Source: Bacilli bacterium
GTDB taxonomy: Bacteria > Bacillota_I > Bacilli_A > RFN20 > CAG-826
Length of the DNA stretch: 64,000 bases
Direction of reading: 5' to 3'
NCBI GenBank assembly: GCA_050952725.1
Contig: JBMNLN010000001.1
Location: 578,454-642,453, forward strand
Part shown: positions 19,374 to 28,160 of the stretch, piece after piece
How positions within the stretch are numbered: the stretch's first letter is position 1
How the letters are laid out: each line of letters starts with the position of its first letter
Translations under genes and position numbers: made by a program
The notes under the pieces: generated by a model
The model's input: only the letters and a program-made list of their open reading frames with translations
What the model was told of the DNA's origin: nothing
The model's database searches: none

Positions 19374-19414
19374 TGAGTGGGGTCAAATGATTCATGCAAA
19401 TTTGGCCCTACTCA
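19374..19414 (+). other. Intra-operon 15-bp RNA stem-loop without U-tract
   Basis: TGAGTGGGGTCAAAT (19374-19388) pairs with ATTTGGCCCTACTCA (19400-19414), including two G-U wobbles that work only on the + strand. 11-nt loop. Confidence 0.65.
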
Positions 19415-19463
19415 TTAATCGAAAAAATATTCGATAGTTTTTATGTTGGAGGTAAGGCTTAAA

Positions 19464-20390
19464 ATGAAATTTGAAAGCCGATTGCTAGTTTTGGCGTTAC
19501 CGTTTCTTTTAGTATCTTGCCAAAAGGGAAATCTGAGTATGGATTCAAGTTCTTCCTCAAACACAAGCGTTAATGTTAGCGATCATGCGCGCGTGATTAT
19601 CTTAGCTGGTCAATCAAATATGGAAGGAAATTCCTGGATTAATCATCTAGAAAATCATTATGACAAGCAACAGATTAGACTTTGGACTGAAGGATATGAA
19701 TCCTCCCAGATTATCTTTAATAATTCTTGGGGAAACTACACTTCTTTTAATCGCTATGAAAAAGTCGAATTAGGTCAAGGTATGAGCATGAACCATTTTG
19801 GCCCCGAAGTTGGAATTGCTGAAACTATTGATATGGCTGGATTTAGCGAACCAGTTTATATGATTAAATTTGCTTGGGGAGGCTCCAATCTCTATAATCA
19901 ATGGCGATCCCCCTCAAGTGGCGAGACTGGTCCGCTTTATGTGCAATTTGTCGACTTTATCAAAAGTTCTTTACTAACCTTAGAAATCAAGGGATTAACC
20001 CCAAAAATTCACGCCTTATGTTGGATGCAGGGAGAATCGGATGCGGATAATAATACACCAAATCCGGATAGTTATTATCAAAGATTAAAAGATTTTATTA
20101 CCGATCTTCGCGAGGAATTTAATGATTACGCCTGTAATACGGGGATTGGTTTTGTGGATGCTTATATTTCGGATTCATATGTATGGGCGCGATATCAAAC
20201 GGTTAATGCAGCCAAAAAACAACTTGCTGATGAAGATGAACTCAACACCGTTATTGATACTATTGCCTTAAAATTACCCTATGACAAAGAGCCGACCGCC
20301 GGCGTTGATCCTTATCACTATGATTCTAATGGGATGATTGAATTAGGTCGGGCATTTGGGGCAACTTTATTTGAACGATTTCTCTATTAA
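19464..20390 (+). CDS. SGNH carbohydrate esterase (SASA/DUF303, CE6-like), lipoprotein
   Basis: Start ATG 19464 after GGAGG, lipobox LVSC. GQSNM nucleophile motif, WMQGESD, and DxxH (DPYH). Confidence 0.88.
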   Translation: MKFESRLLVLALPFLLVSCQKGNLSMDSSSSSNTSVNVSDHARVIILAGQSNMEGNSWINHLENHYDKQQIRLWTEGYESSQIIFNNSWGNYTSFNRYEKVELGQGMSMNHFGPEVGIAETIDMAGFSEPVYMIKFAWGGSNLYNQWRSPSSGETGPLYVQFVDFIKSSLLTLEIKGLTPKIHALCWMQGESDADNNTPNPDSYYQRLKDFITDLREEFNDYACNTGIGFVDAYISDSYVWARYQTVNAAKKQLADEDELNTVIDTIALKLPYDKEPTAGVDPYHYDSNGMIELGRAFGATLFERFLY

Positions 20391-21350
20391 TTACGTTTTT
20401 TTAATGATATGCATGGGATAGATATTATGAACGGTATTAGCAAAATCGTTTTTTTCGATGCGTTCAAGCATATTTTCACATGCATCCTTAATCACTTGAC
20501 TCCAATCGATTGATAGCCCATTAATCGGGGAGATAATTGGAAGGCGGTCACCGATTCCATCAAACCCAAAAATATCAATCTTCTTATATCTGTGTTTTTT
20601 CAATAATCTTTTAATATTGATGGCGATTTCATCGTTATAGGCAAAAACGAAATCGTTTTCATTTTCAATAATTGCATTAGCGAAAAACTCGTAGATATCA
20701 TCTTCATAAGCGCATTCATAAATATCGAGATTGATATTTGCTTTTTCCAATTCATTTTTAAATCCATTGACTCTTTTTTTGATGACCCCTTTGACCTTTG
20801 GAGAAAGATAACAAGGACGTTTTAATCCTTTTGCGATACATTCTTTGGCGATGAGAACTCCTCCTTGGAAGTCATTACTATCAAAAGAAGAAATAGAATT
20901 GTAATAAGAAGTACGACCAATTAAAGTTACTGGGATTTCTTTTTTCTCACATAATTCATTCGCTTGCTTATCGATATTAATTAGACTGATAATCCCCACG
21001 CATTGGTTCGCTAATGCAAACACAATATCTTCATATTCAGCTTCTTCCTTTTCGCACATCCGCAATAAGCATTGATATCCGTGTTTGCTAAGCTCGCGAA
21101 TAACAGCATCAGCCATTAAGGAGAAGTAGCAGTTAGCCAGATTATAGACAATCACAGTGATGATTTGCGATTTTCCCAATGATAAATAAGATGATAAATT
21201 CGATGGAATATACCCCATCTCTTTGGCTTTAGCACGAACCCTTTCTTTTGTGGCCAGACTAATATCGGAGCAATCTCTCAATGCTCTTGATGCTGTGTTT
21301 AATGAGACACCTAATCTATCAGCGATGTCTTGCAGACGGACTCTTTTCAT
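20391..21350 (-). CDS. LacI family transcriptional repressor
   Basis: Likely start ATG 21350 (319 aa): MKRVRLQDIADRLGVSLNTASRAL...SLATKERVRAKAKEMGYIP is a LacI HTH plus hinge, followed by a periplasmic-binding-protein-like effector domain (GFDG). Confidence 0.93.
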   Translation of the reverse strand: MKRVRLQDIADRLGVSLNTASRALRDCSDISLATKERVRAKAKEMGYIPSNLSSYLSLGKSQIITVIVYNLANCYFSLMADAVIRELSKHGYQCLLRMCEKEEAEYEDIVFALANQCVGIISLINIDKQANELCEKKEIPVTLIGRTSYYNSISSFDSNDFQGGVLIAKECIAKGLKRPCYLSPKVKGVIKKRVNGFKNELEKANINLDIYECAYEDDIYEFFANAIIENENDFVFAYNDEIAINIKRLLKKHRYKKIDIFGFDGIGDRLPIISPINGLSIDWSQVIKDACENMLERIEKNDFANTVHNIYPMHIIKKT

Positions 21351-21542
21351 AGTTGCTAAATATATCTTAAATATGAATCTACGTTTTAAAATTCTTTGAC
21401 AATTTAATGTTATCATTAATCTGGGTTTCAGACTATTGTGTTTAACTCTATCGTATAAATAATGCGATGCCAAACTTTATGAAAAGGTCATATATTAACT
21501 ACACTCAATATTTTCTATATAATAATTGTAGGAGGTAAAACA

Positions 21543-22103
21543 ATGAGAAAAAACAAGAAAACATTCCTTTTTGTTGGCTTGACAACCATCTCGCTTTTAC
21601 TTTCGGGTTGCAAGTTGTTAGATCTTTTTAACCAATCCAGTAATGACAATTCCTCCTTGGTAAGCCAAGGTGATGAATCTGAAGTTAGCTATTTTGAATT
21701 AGGGTATTCTTATGCGCTTGTCGGAGTTCGTGAACGCCACGCCCCACCTTGTGATTATGAAGGCACGCATGAAACTAGTCCTTCCCTTGCGCTCATCGCA
21801 TATGCTTATAATACGATGGAAATTACTTTTGAACCTGCTTCGAACACTCAAGGATTCGTTTATATTCACTTACCAGAATCCGTGGAAGAAAGTGATACTT
21901 TTTTCACGGTCCGCACAGGGGACTATACACTTTCAGAAGATAAACTCACCATTACGGACGGGACCAACACCATGGAATTAACTTTTGAAGAAGACAACCT
22001 CGTTTATTCAATCATGGGGGTCTCGCAAGTAGAAGGTCATCAAGGTCACGACTTTACTTTGAGTTTAATCTTTGCGGATGCTACTGCGGTTCCTCATAAC
22101 TAA
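21543..22103 (+). CDS. Hypothetical lipoprotein
   Basis: RBS AGGAGG, lipobox LSGC, Ser/Asn linker, then a beta-rich ~140-aa domain with no motif I recognise. Confidence 0.7.
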   Translation: MRKNKKTFLFVGLTTISLLLSGCKLLDLFNQSSNDNSSLVSQGDESEVSYFELGYSYALVGVRERHAPPCDYEGTHETSPSLALIAYAYNTMEITFEPASNTQGFVYIHLPESVEESDTFFTVRTGDYTLSEDKLTITDGTNTMELTFEEDNLVYSIMGVSQVEGHQGHDFTLSLIFADATAVPHN

Positions 22104-22251
22104 TTTGATTCCCCAAAGACTTTTAAGCGCTCAATGCGGAGGAAACAACTTTTAACTTTCAAAAAGTTAATCATTCTCGATCTGCGAGTGCTTTTTTCAT
22201 TGATTTAATCAAGGTTTAATATTATTATGATTAGGCATTTGCAAAAGATGC

Positions 22252-22327
22252 GGGGCTGTAGCTCATCTGGGAGAGCGCTTCGTTCGCAACGAAGAGGTAG
22301 CGAGTTCGATCCTCGTCAGCTCCACCA
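22252..22327 (+). tRNA. tRNA-Ala(CGC)
   Basis: 76 nt GGGGCTG...CAGCTCCACCA. G3-U70 Ala identity pair, anticodon arm CTTCG-TTCGCAA-CGAAG, TTCGA T-loop, encoded CCA. Confidence 0.96.
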
Positions 22328-22342
22328 TTTTAATGAGAACCC

Positions 22343-22388
22343 CCCTGTTTATTAGCGTAGAATTTGCTACCATATAAACAGGGTTTTT
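22343..22388 (+). terminator. Intrinsic terminator after tRNA-Ala
   Basis: CCCTGTTTAT...ATAAACAGGG 10-bp stem followed by TTTTT. Confidence 0.65.
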
Positions 22389-22429
22389 GTTTTGAATTCC
22401 CGTTAAAAACAAGATAAAAGGTTGAAAAA

Positions 22430-23224
22430 ATGAAGATACACGACCAACATGTCCACAGTCATTATTCCTTTGATAGCAAACAAGAGATCGAAGTTTATCT
22501 TCAACTCGCCTTTGCAAGAGGTTTAAAGTATTTTATTCTTACCGATCATCTTGATTTGAACTTTCTCAATCGAGGTCAAGATCTTAAATTTGATCTTGAA
22601 AAACAGCGAATTGAACTTCATAAATTACAGAAAAAATATGAAAGTCTCCACCTCTTACAAGGAATTGAAATCGGCTATAAACCAAGTGAGTTAAAACGGA
22701 TTAACGAAATTATCAATAATCACAATTTGGACTTGATTAATTTATCCTTACACGAAGTCGATGGCATTGACTTTTTCTCTCAAGAGGATTTTATTCAACT
22801 CGGCCGAGAGAGAACATTGAAAATCTATTTCCAAAAAAGTCTTGAAATGGTCCAAAACTTCGATGATTTTGATGTTTTATGTCATCTTGGTTATGCGTTC
22901 AAAACCGCTTATAGTCTTGATAATTCGCTTCGAATTGAAGATTATGAGACGATTATTAGCCAAATTATGAAAACGCTCATCGCTAAAGATAAGTCGTTAG
23001 AAGTGAATACAAAAGTCGCTGAATCTCTGCCGCCTTCCTATACGGTTTACATATTAAGGTTATACAAAAGTCTTGGGGGCGTAAATCTCACCCTTTCAAG
23101 CGATGCGCATTGTGTGGAAAGGTATGGTGATCGTTTTGATAAATATGAACGAATAATTAAAGAGTGTGGATTTGATCGTCTAGTTTATTATGTTGCTCGC
23201 CAGAAGTTATTCGTCTTCATCTAA
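22430..23224 (+). CDS. PHP-domain phosphatase, histidinol-phosphatase HisJ family
   Basis: HDQHVHSHYSFDS, TDH, GIEIG, CHLGY, SSDAH metal ligands. Confidence 0.88.
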   Translation: MKIHDQHVHSHYSFDSKQEIEVYLQLAFARGLKYFILTDHLDLNFLNRGQDLKFDLEKQRIELHKLQKKYESLHLLQGIEIGYKPSELKRINEIINNHNLDLINLSLHEVDGIDFFSQEDFIQLGRERTLKIYFQKSLEMVQNFDDFDVLCHLGYAFKTAYSLDNSLRIEDYETIISQIMKTLIAKDKSLEVNTKVAESLPPSYTVYILRLYKSLGGVNLTLSSDAHCVERYGDRFDKYERIIKECGFDRLVYYVARQKLFVFI

Positions 23225-23242
23225 AAAAGGAGTGTTTCATCT

Positions 23243-24667
23243 ATGACAAATAAAGAGTTTTTTCTCAACTGGATTTCTAGAAATTGGAATTCCCTAGTCG
23301 ATCGGGTCTCCCTTGCCTATTATGAAGAGGTCAAGAAGCATTATTTTGCAGAAGTTGGTGGTGAAATTAATCTTACCGAATTAAGCAAAAATAACGACAT
23401 TTATGAAGTGGAGACCAATGCGATTCTCCTCCTAGTAGAAAAGTGGCTCTATGCCCATGCATCTTATCTTGAAAAAGGGAAGATGAGTTTTTATCGCAAT
23501 ACCTTTAAGCGAAGAACCACATTGGTCAATCACTATTTATATGATGATCAAGAAGGTCTTTTTTATAATTACAACTCCGTATTAAAAAGTAGAGATAAAA
23601 CTTGCTCACCGCTTCAGCAATTCTATCTATATTGGTTAGCTTTTATCTCTGATAAAGAGTTAGCTCAAGCACTTTTATCTAAAATTGATAAAGATGACCC
23701 CAAGCTCTTTGTGGTATTTATGGGACTACGTCGGTTAGGACTGTGGGATCAGGCGGATGAAATTGGGAAAATAATCGGTTTTACAGTCGATGATTATAAC
23801 CCGAGAATTTCTACTAATACAGGGCCTTTATTAAATAGACATTCCCTTTTTGAAACGCTGAGGATGATTAAAAAGGCTGGGCTTGAAGCTTATGATCATT
23901 CAATGATAGAGTTTGGCGAATTTTACACCGAAGACAATTATTTGGAAAACGCAAGAGAATTGCGGGAATTTGCTGACAAAATCGGCCTTGAATGCAATCA
24001 AACCCATGCGATTTTCCCCGTTGTTCATCCTTCGCTTAGTGAAGAAGAAACGCAAAGGAGAATCATGTATACAAAGCGCATCTTAGAAATCTCAAAAATA
24101 TTAGGGGCTGACCATTGCATTATTCATCCAATTAACTTCTATACCGAACAGGAAAATGATGATTATTTTCAGCAATATCTCCCTTTGGCTAAGAAGTTAA
24201 ATATTAAGATTGCTACTGAGAATATGTTCAATTGGGAAGATGATTATGCCGCTTTGGCAGCCTGTTCTAATCATGAAAATTTTAAGGAACTATGCGATTT
24301 AGTAAATGACTCGCATTTTGTCGCTTGTGTCGATCTGGGACACGCGGAATTACAAGGTTTAAATACCTCGGCTGTGCAAATGATTGAAAATCTTGGTCGC
24401 TATGTTGAAAGCCTGCATATTCATGATAATAATTCTCGTCATGATTTACATAAGTTACCTTTGACTTCTGGTATCGATTTCGACCTAATTCTCGATGCTT
24501 TAGCAAGGATTGATTATCGCGGAGATATTACTTTTGAAGCCAATCGCTTCATCGATCAAATGCCCAAAGAATTACATCAATCATGCTTACGGACCATGTA
24601 TCAACTTGGACTTTACTTTAAAGCAGAATTACTGATTAGAAGAAAAGCAAAGGAGTTCCTGATTTAA
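23243..24667 (+). CDS. Fusion of a degenerate trehalase-like (GH37) N-terminal region and a sugar-phosphate isomerase/epimerase TIM barrel (AP_endonuc_2 family)
   Basis: C-terminal ~285 aa has TIM-barrel metal motifs QTHA, IATENM, CVDLGH, LHIHDNN, ITFE. The N-terminal ~185 aa resembles trehalase helices (VETNAIL...EKWL; [15 protein letters not shown]). Confidence 0.72.
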   Translation: [474 protein letters not shown]

Positions 24668-24742
24668 TTGTATAAAAAATAAAACCAGGATCAAAAGATA
24701 GTTCTTTCTCAAAGAGAAGCGGAAACATGATGTGATATACTA

Positions 24743-25489
24743 ATGATGATGGAAAAAGAAAAACTAGTCACCTTACAAGAGATGATTGATCAGGCGGCGC
24801 GCATTGTCTTTTTTGGCGGAGCAGGTGTCTCGACTGAATCGGGAATCCCCGATTTTCGTAGCGCCCAAGGTATTTACAATACCAATTTTCCATATACCGC
24901 TGAAGAAGTCGTCTCCCATCATTTTTTCTTTCAAAATCCAGATAAGTTTTATGAATTTTATAAAGAGAAAATGATTTTTCCCGATGCGAAACCCAATGCA
25001 TGTCATATCCGTTTAGCGGAACTAGAACAAGCGGGAAAACTAACTGCGATTATTACCCAAAACATCGATGGTCTCCATCAAAAAGCAGGAAGTTCAAATG
25101 TTTTAGAATTACATGGAACAGTGCATCGGAATTTCTGTTTGAAATGCCATAAACAATATGATGTTAATAAGATTTTGGAATCTGGCACTCCCCATTGTTC
25201 CTGTGGGGGCTTAATTAAGCCCGATGTAGTTCTTTATGGTGAGCAACTCGACCAAGATGTTTTAAAAGAGAGTATAATCGCTTTGCAAACTGCTGATTTG
25301 CTAATTATTGGCGGGACCTCCCTTTTAGTTTATCCTGCCGCAGGTCTTATTTCCTATTTTCCCCCTTCTCGTCCTATTGTTTTGATCAATAAGGGAACTA
25401 CTGGCAAGGAGGGGCTAGCAACTCTTGTGATTAATGAGCCGATTGGCGAGGTCTTTAAAGAAATAAAAATATCACCTCGTGAGGGATGA
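24743..25489 (+). CDS. cobB: NAD-dependent protein deacylase, Sir2 family
   Basis: GAGVSTESGIPDFRS, TQNIDGLHQKAG, HG, CxxC...CxC Zn site, GGTSL. Confidence 0.95.
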   Translation: MMMEKEKLVTLQEMIDQAARIVFFGGAGVSTESGIPDFRSAQGIYNTNFPYTAEEVVSHHFFFQNPDKFYEFYKEKMIFPDAKPNACHIRLAELEQAGKLTAIITQNIDGLHQKAGSSNVLELHGTVHRNFCLKCHKQYDVNKILESGTPHCSCGGLIKPDVVLYGEQLDQDVLKESIIALQTADLLIIGGTSLLVYPAAGLISYFPPSRPIVLINKGTTGKEGLATLVINEPIGEVFKEIKISPREG

Positions 25490-25519
25490 GATGATACTTC
25501 AAACAACAAGAGAATTGAT

Positions 25520-25548
25520 GGGGTTTTAATTCAAAAGCCCCGTTTTTT
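25520..25548 (+). terminator. Intrinsic terminator between convergent cobB and nrdG
   Basis: GGGGTTTT/AAAGCCCC stem followed by GTTTTTT. Confidence 0.6.
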
Positions 25549-26215
25549 ATTCTTCTGGATAAATAAAGGGATTAACATCATAAGGGGTTTTCTTGTGATA
25601 CTTGCGGTTAAGTTTCTCGACAAAGAGGCGATTTTCTTCAAAAGCGGATTCTCCTAAAAAAGGATATCGCACACTGCGAATGCGCGAATAACCTCGATCG
25701 AGTTTTACTGTGAGTTCTAAAGCTTGCAAATGCGGACGAAAGAATTCAATATCATCAACTTTAATCCCAAGAGTCAACTCAATTAGTTCGTGATCATTAT
25801 TATCTAGAAGATGATAAGGCAACTTCATATCCGTATGAAAACCATCAACTAGTTGAGCGCGATGGAGAAGAAGCATTTTTTCTGGATGACTGCCATTAGT
25901 GTAGATAATAATCGGCGTATCAGTGATTTCCCGCACCATTTTTAAATCGTGTTTTAAATCCTCTAAAGAGGTATTTAAATATTCGCCCCCACTAAAAACG
26001 ATATAACCAAATAAATCCTTTTGTTTTTCGATATAAGAAAGGACATCAGCGATTAAATAATAATTGGTTTGAGGATTATTGATAATTTCTTGAAAATTGA
26101 AACAATGAAAACAGTGAAAAGGACAACCAGTAAAAGCGTGAATTAAGAGAGTTGGCGCACCGGGAATCTCACTGAAGGTCAGAGTGAGTTTTGGGTAATA
26201 CTTGATCATGCTCAT
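25547..26215 (-). CDS. nrdG: Anaerobic ribonucleotide reductase activating protein (radical SAM)
   Basis: CxxxCxxC (GCPFHCFHCFN), FSGGE, YTNG, HTDMK. Overlaps the 3' end of nrdD. Start may be 26209. Confidence 0.85.
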   Translation of the reverse strand: MSMIKYYPKLTLTFSEIPGAPTLLIHAFTGCPFHCFHCFNFQEIINNPQTNYYLIADVLSYIEKQKDLFGYIVFSGGEYLNTSLEDLKHDLKMVREITDTPIIIYTNGSHPEKMLLLHRAQLVDGFHTDMKLPYHLLDNNDHELIELTLGIKVDDIEFFRPHLQALELTVKLDRGYSRIRSVRYPFLGESAFEENRLFVEKLNRKYHKKTPYDVNPFIYPEE

Positions 26216-28160
26216 CTTTCCCCGCTGCGCTCTCTGTATCTAATTCATGGAAACGTCTTCGCGAGGCCCAGTCATGACGTCGAGCTTTACTCCAAAAATT
26301 GTAGTCCCCCTTATAAAAACCATTATCATCGATGCGAATATTGCTTCTAGCGATCATGCGGACATAGCCGATGACGCGTGAATAGGTGGCGATATCAGTC
26401 GAGCCGCAAACTGGGCAATTATTAACATCGCGGGCATCACTGGCTAAAATCATTTGGCCGCAGTGACAGCAACTGGTCACAGTCGGGGTTAAGGTGATGT
26501 AGTTAATTGGCTTCCGGAAGAGACGTTCAATATAATCGGCGAGAATTTCAGGAGCGATTTTATCTTCAATGAAGTGATGGAGAATGGAACCCGAGGTCGC
26601 ATACCCTTGGAATTCAGCATTGTTTTCGATTTGTTTGGTAAAATCGCTTTCCGAGAACGGCAGCATACAGCCCGAGGTTAAGAAAACGTTGTCGCCATAG
26701 CCTTGGACAAAGATTTGCCTTCCGCGCTCTTCCGCCCATTTGACATCGCTGCGAGCTAGTTTAATTCCCGCATTTTCCGCTGGAGCATACTCAATCCCAC
26801 AAGCGACATTATCGCGAACGATGAATTCGTTAATCACCTCAGTCATAAATTGCATTAATTCATGCGCGTACATTTTTCCTTTGGGATCAGCCATCCCATC
26901 AGGGTAGCCAATGTTAATCAAACCCTCGTGCATGCCAGTGACAGCGAAGACATTGAAGTAATTTTTCAAGTTATCGTTGAAGGCGAAGAAGGTCGGATAT
27001 AATTCGCGGTGTTCCTCGACCCAACGTCTCTTAGCTAAGTGTCCTTGTTCCATGATTTCTAAGTATTCCCGCATTTTCTTCTTCACTAATTCGCGATCAT
27101 GGCCGAATTCAATTAAAACGCGGTTCATATTGAGATTTAACACTTGGATGGCGCCAACATTACCGACGGACGAGCCGAAAATTCCCGCCCCAGTTCTTGA
27201 TAAAACGGAGAGATCGATATTGAGACGGCAGCAAAGCGAACGCGAAACCGCTGGGTCTTTAGCCTTAATGGTCGGATTGAGATTGCGATAGTATTCATCG
27301 TTAAAAGCTTCGGTTCGGAAGTTTTCAAAATATACACCACCCCATTGATACATCTTCTCTAAAAGATAGAGGAAAATAGGGTTTTCATATTGGAAATCAT
27401 CGTCAATTTGGACAGTGATAAGGGGGAAAGTCAAAGGAATGCCCTTATTGGTTCCCCGGCTCATCGCATCGATAAAGGCGATGTTGATTGCATTGAAGTA
27501 TTTTGCGGGAATATCTTTGTATTTATAGTCGCGCCCTACCCCACCGATAACCACGTAATCATCCTTGATATCTTCAGATGGTTTTCCAAACTCTAAGGTG
27601 CAATTACTAAAGGCTGACTCGGAACCAGAACGCAAGGGAAGATTGAGTTCATAGACGAGTTGGTACATCAATTTGAACAAATTCTTTTTCGTGTAGGTAA
27701 CACCTTGTAATTCTTCATCGTAAAGATAAGAGGCGAGAATTGTCGTCATTTGCGCGAGCATCACCGCTCCCGAAACTTGTTGACTCATCAAGGTGACAAT
27801 ATTAGAAAAGTGACGAACAAGAGTCGGTAAAGAACTCGCGGGCTCACTTTCGAGCATATTTTTGGCGATGGAAGGAATCCCCTTGGTGGCAATGTCTTTA
27901 CAACTTACAGATTGGCAGTAACTCGAAAGTTGTTTGTCATGAATATAGATGATTCCTTTGCGGTAAAGATCAACGAGATTCTTGGGGAGAATTTTGTTGA
28001 GTAAATATTCTTCCTCCGCACGATTCGAAAGATTTTTTCTTAAAAGAGCAATCGAATAGACAAAGTTCGAATTCTCCCTTTTTAAATAATCTGAACGCTT
28101 ATCATCATCGTTGCCAATGAATTTATCGATAAGAGCGTTAGTGTCCTTAAACATTGCCAT
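26169..28160 (-). CDS. nrdD: Anaerobic (class III) ribonucleoside-triphosphate reductase, no ATP cone
   Basis: Start ATG 28160 after GGAGG. 'IYIHD', 'TFPLIT', finger loop 'SLCCRL', 'APAEN', Zn site CxxC...CPVCGS, glycyl-radical motif YSRVIGY. Confidence 0.93.
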   Translation of the reverse strand: MAMFKDTNALIDKFIGNDDDKRSDYLKRENSNFVYSIALLRKNLSNRAEEEYLLNKILPKNLVDLYRKGIIYIHDKQLSSYCQSVSCKDIATKGIPSIAKNMLESEPASSLPTLVRHFSNIVTLMSQQVSGAVMLAQMTTILASYLYDEELQGVTYTKKNLFKLMYQLVYELNLPLRSGSESAFSNCTLEFGKPSEDIKDDYVVIGGVGRDYKYKDIPAKYFNAINIAFIDAMSRGTNKGIPLTFPLITVQIDDDFQYENPIFLYLLEKMYQWGGVYFENFRTEAFNDEYYRNLNPTIKAKDPAVSRSLCCRLNIDLSVLSRTGAGIFGSSVGNVGAIQVLNLNMNRVLIEFGHDRELVKKKMREYLEIMEQGHLAKRRWVEEHRELYPTFFAFNDNLKNYFNVFAVTGMHEGLINIGYPDGMADPKGKMYAHELMQFMTEVINEFIVRDNVACGIEYAPAENAGIKLARSDVKWAEERGRQIFVQGYGDNVFLTSGCMLPFSESDFTKQIENNAEFQGYATSGSILHHFIEDKIAPEILADYIERLFRKPINYITLTPTVTSCCHCGQMILASDARDVNNCPVCGSTDIATYSRVIGYVRMIARSNIRIDDNGFYKGDYNFWSKARRHDWASRRRFHELDTESAAGKDEHDQVLPKTHSDLQ

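Noticed and set aside
21404-21419. Imperfect palindrome TTAATGTTATCATTAA upstream of lacI as an autoregulatory operator
   Set aside because: The half-sites are in the opposite orientation to the 1500-1519 operator and there is no central CG. An AT-rich match like this is likely by chance.
21351-21473. Long N-terminal extensions in the ORF track (lacI, nrdD to 28289, rplM from 53866, several others)
   Set aside because: Downstream ATGs with RBSs or family-typical N-termini fit better, so starts were trimmed.
1-22327. Glycan locus as an integrative island at tRNA-Ala(CGC)
   Set aside because: No integrase or duplicated tRNA 3' end is in the window and there is no obvious compositional break; the left border is not visible.
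22263-22517. 84-aa minus-strand ORF and the 58073..58273 ORF
   Set aside because: They overlap tRNA-Ala and tRNA-Leu respectively; these are classic tRNA-shadow ORFs.
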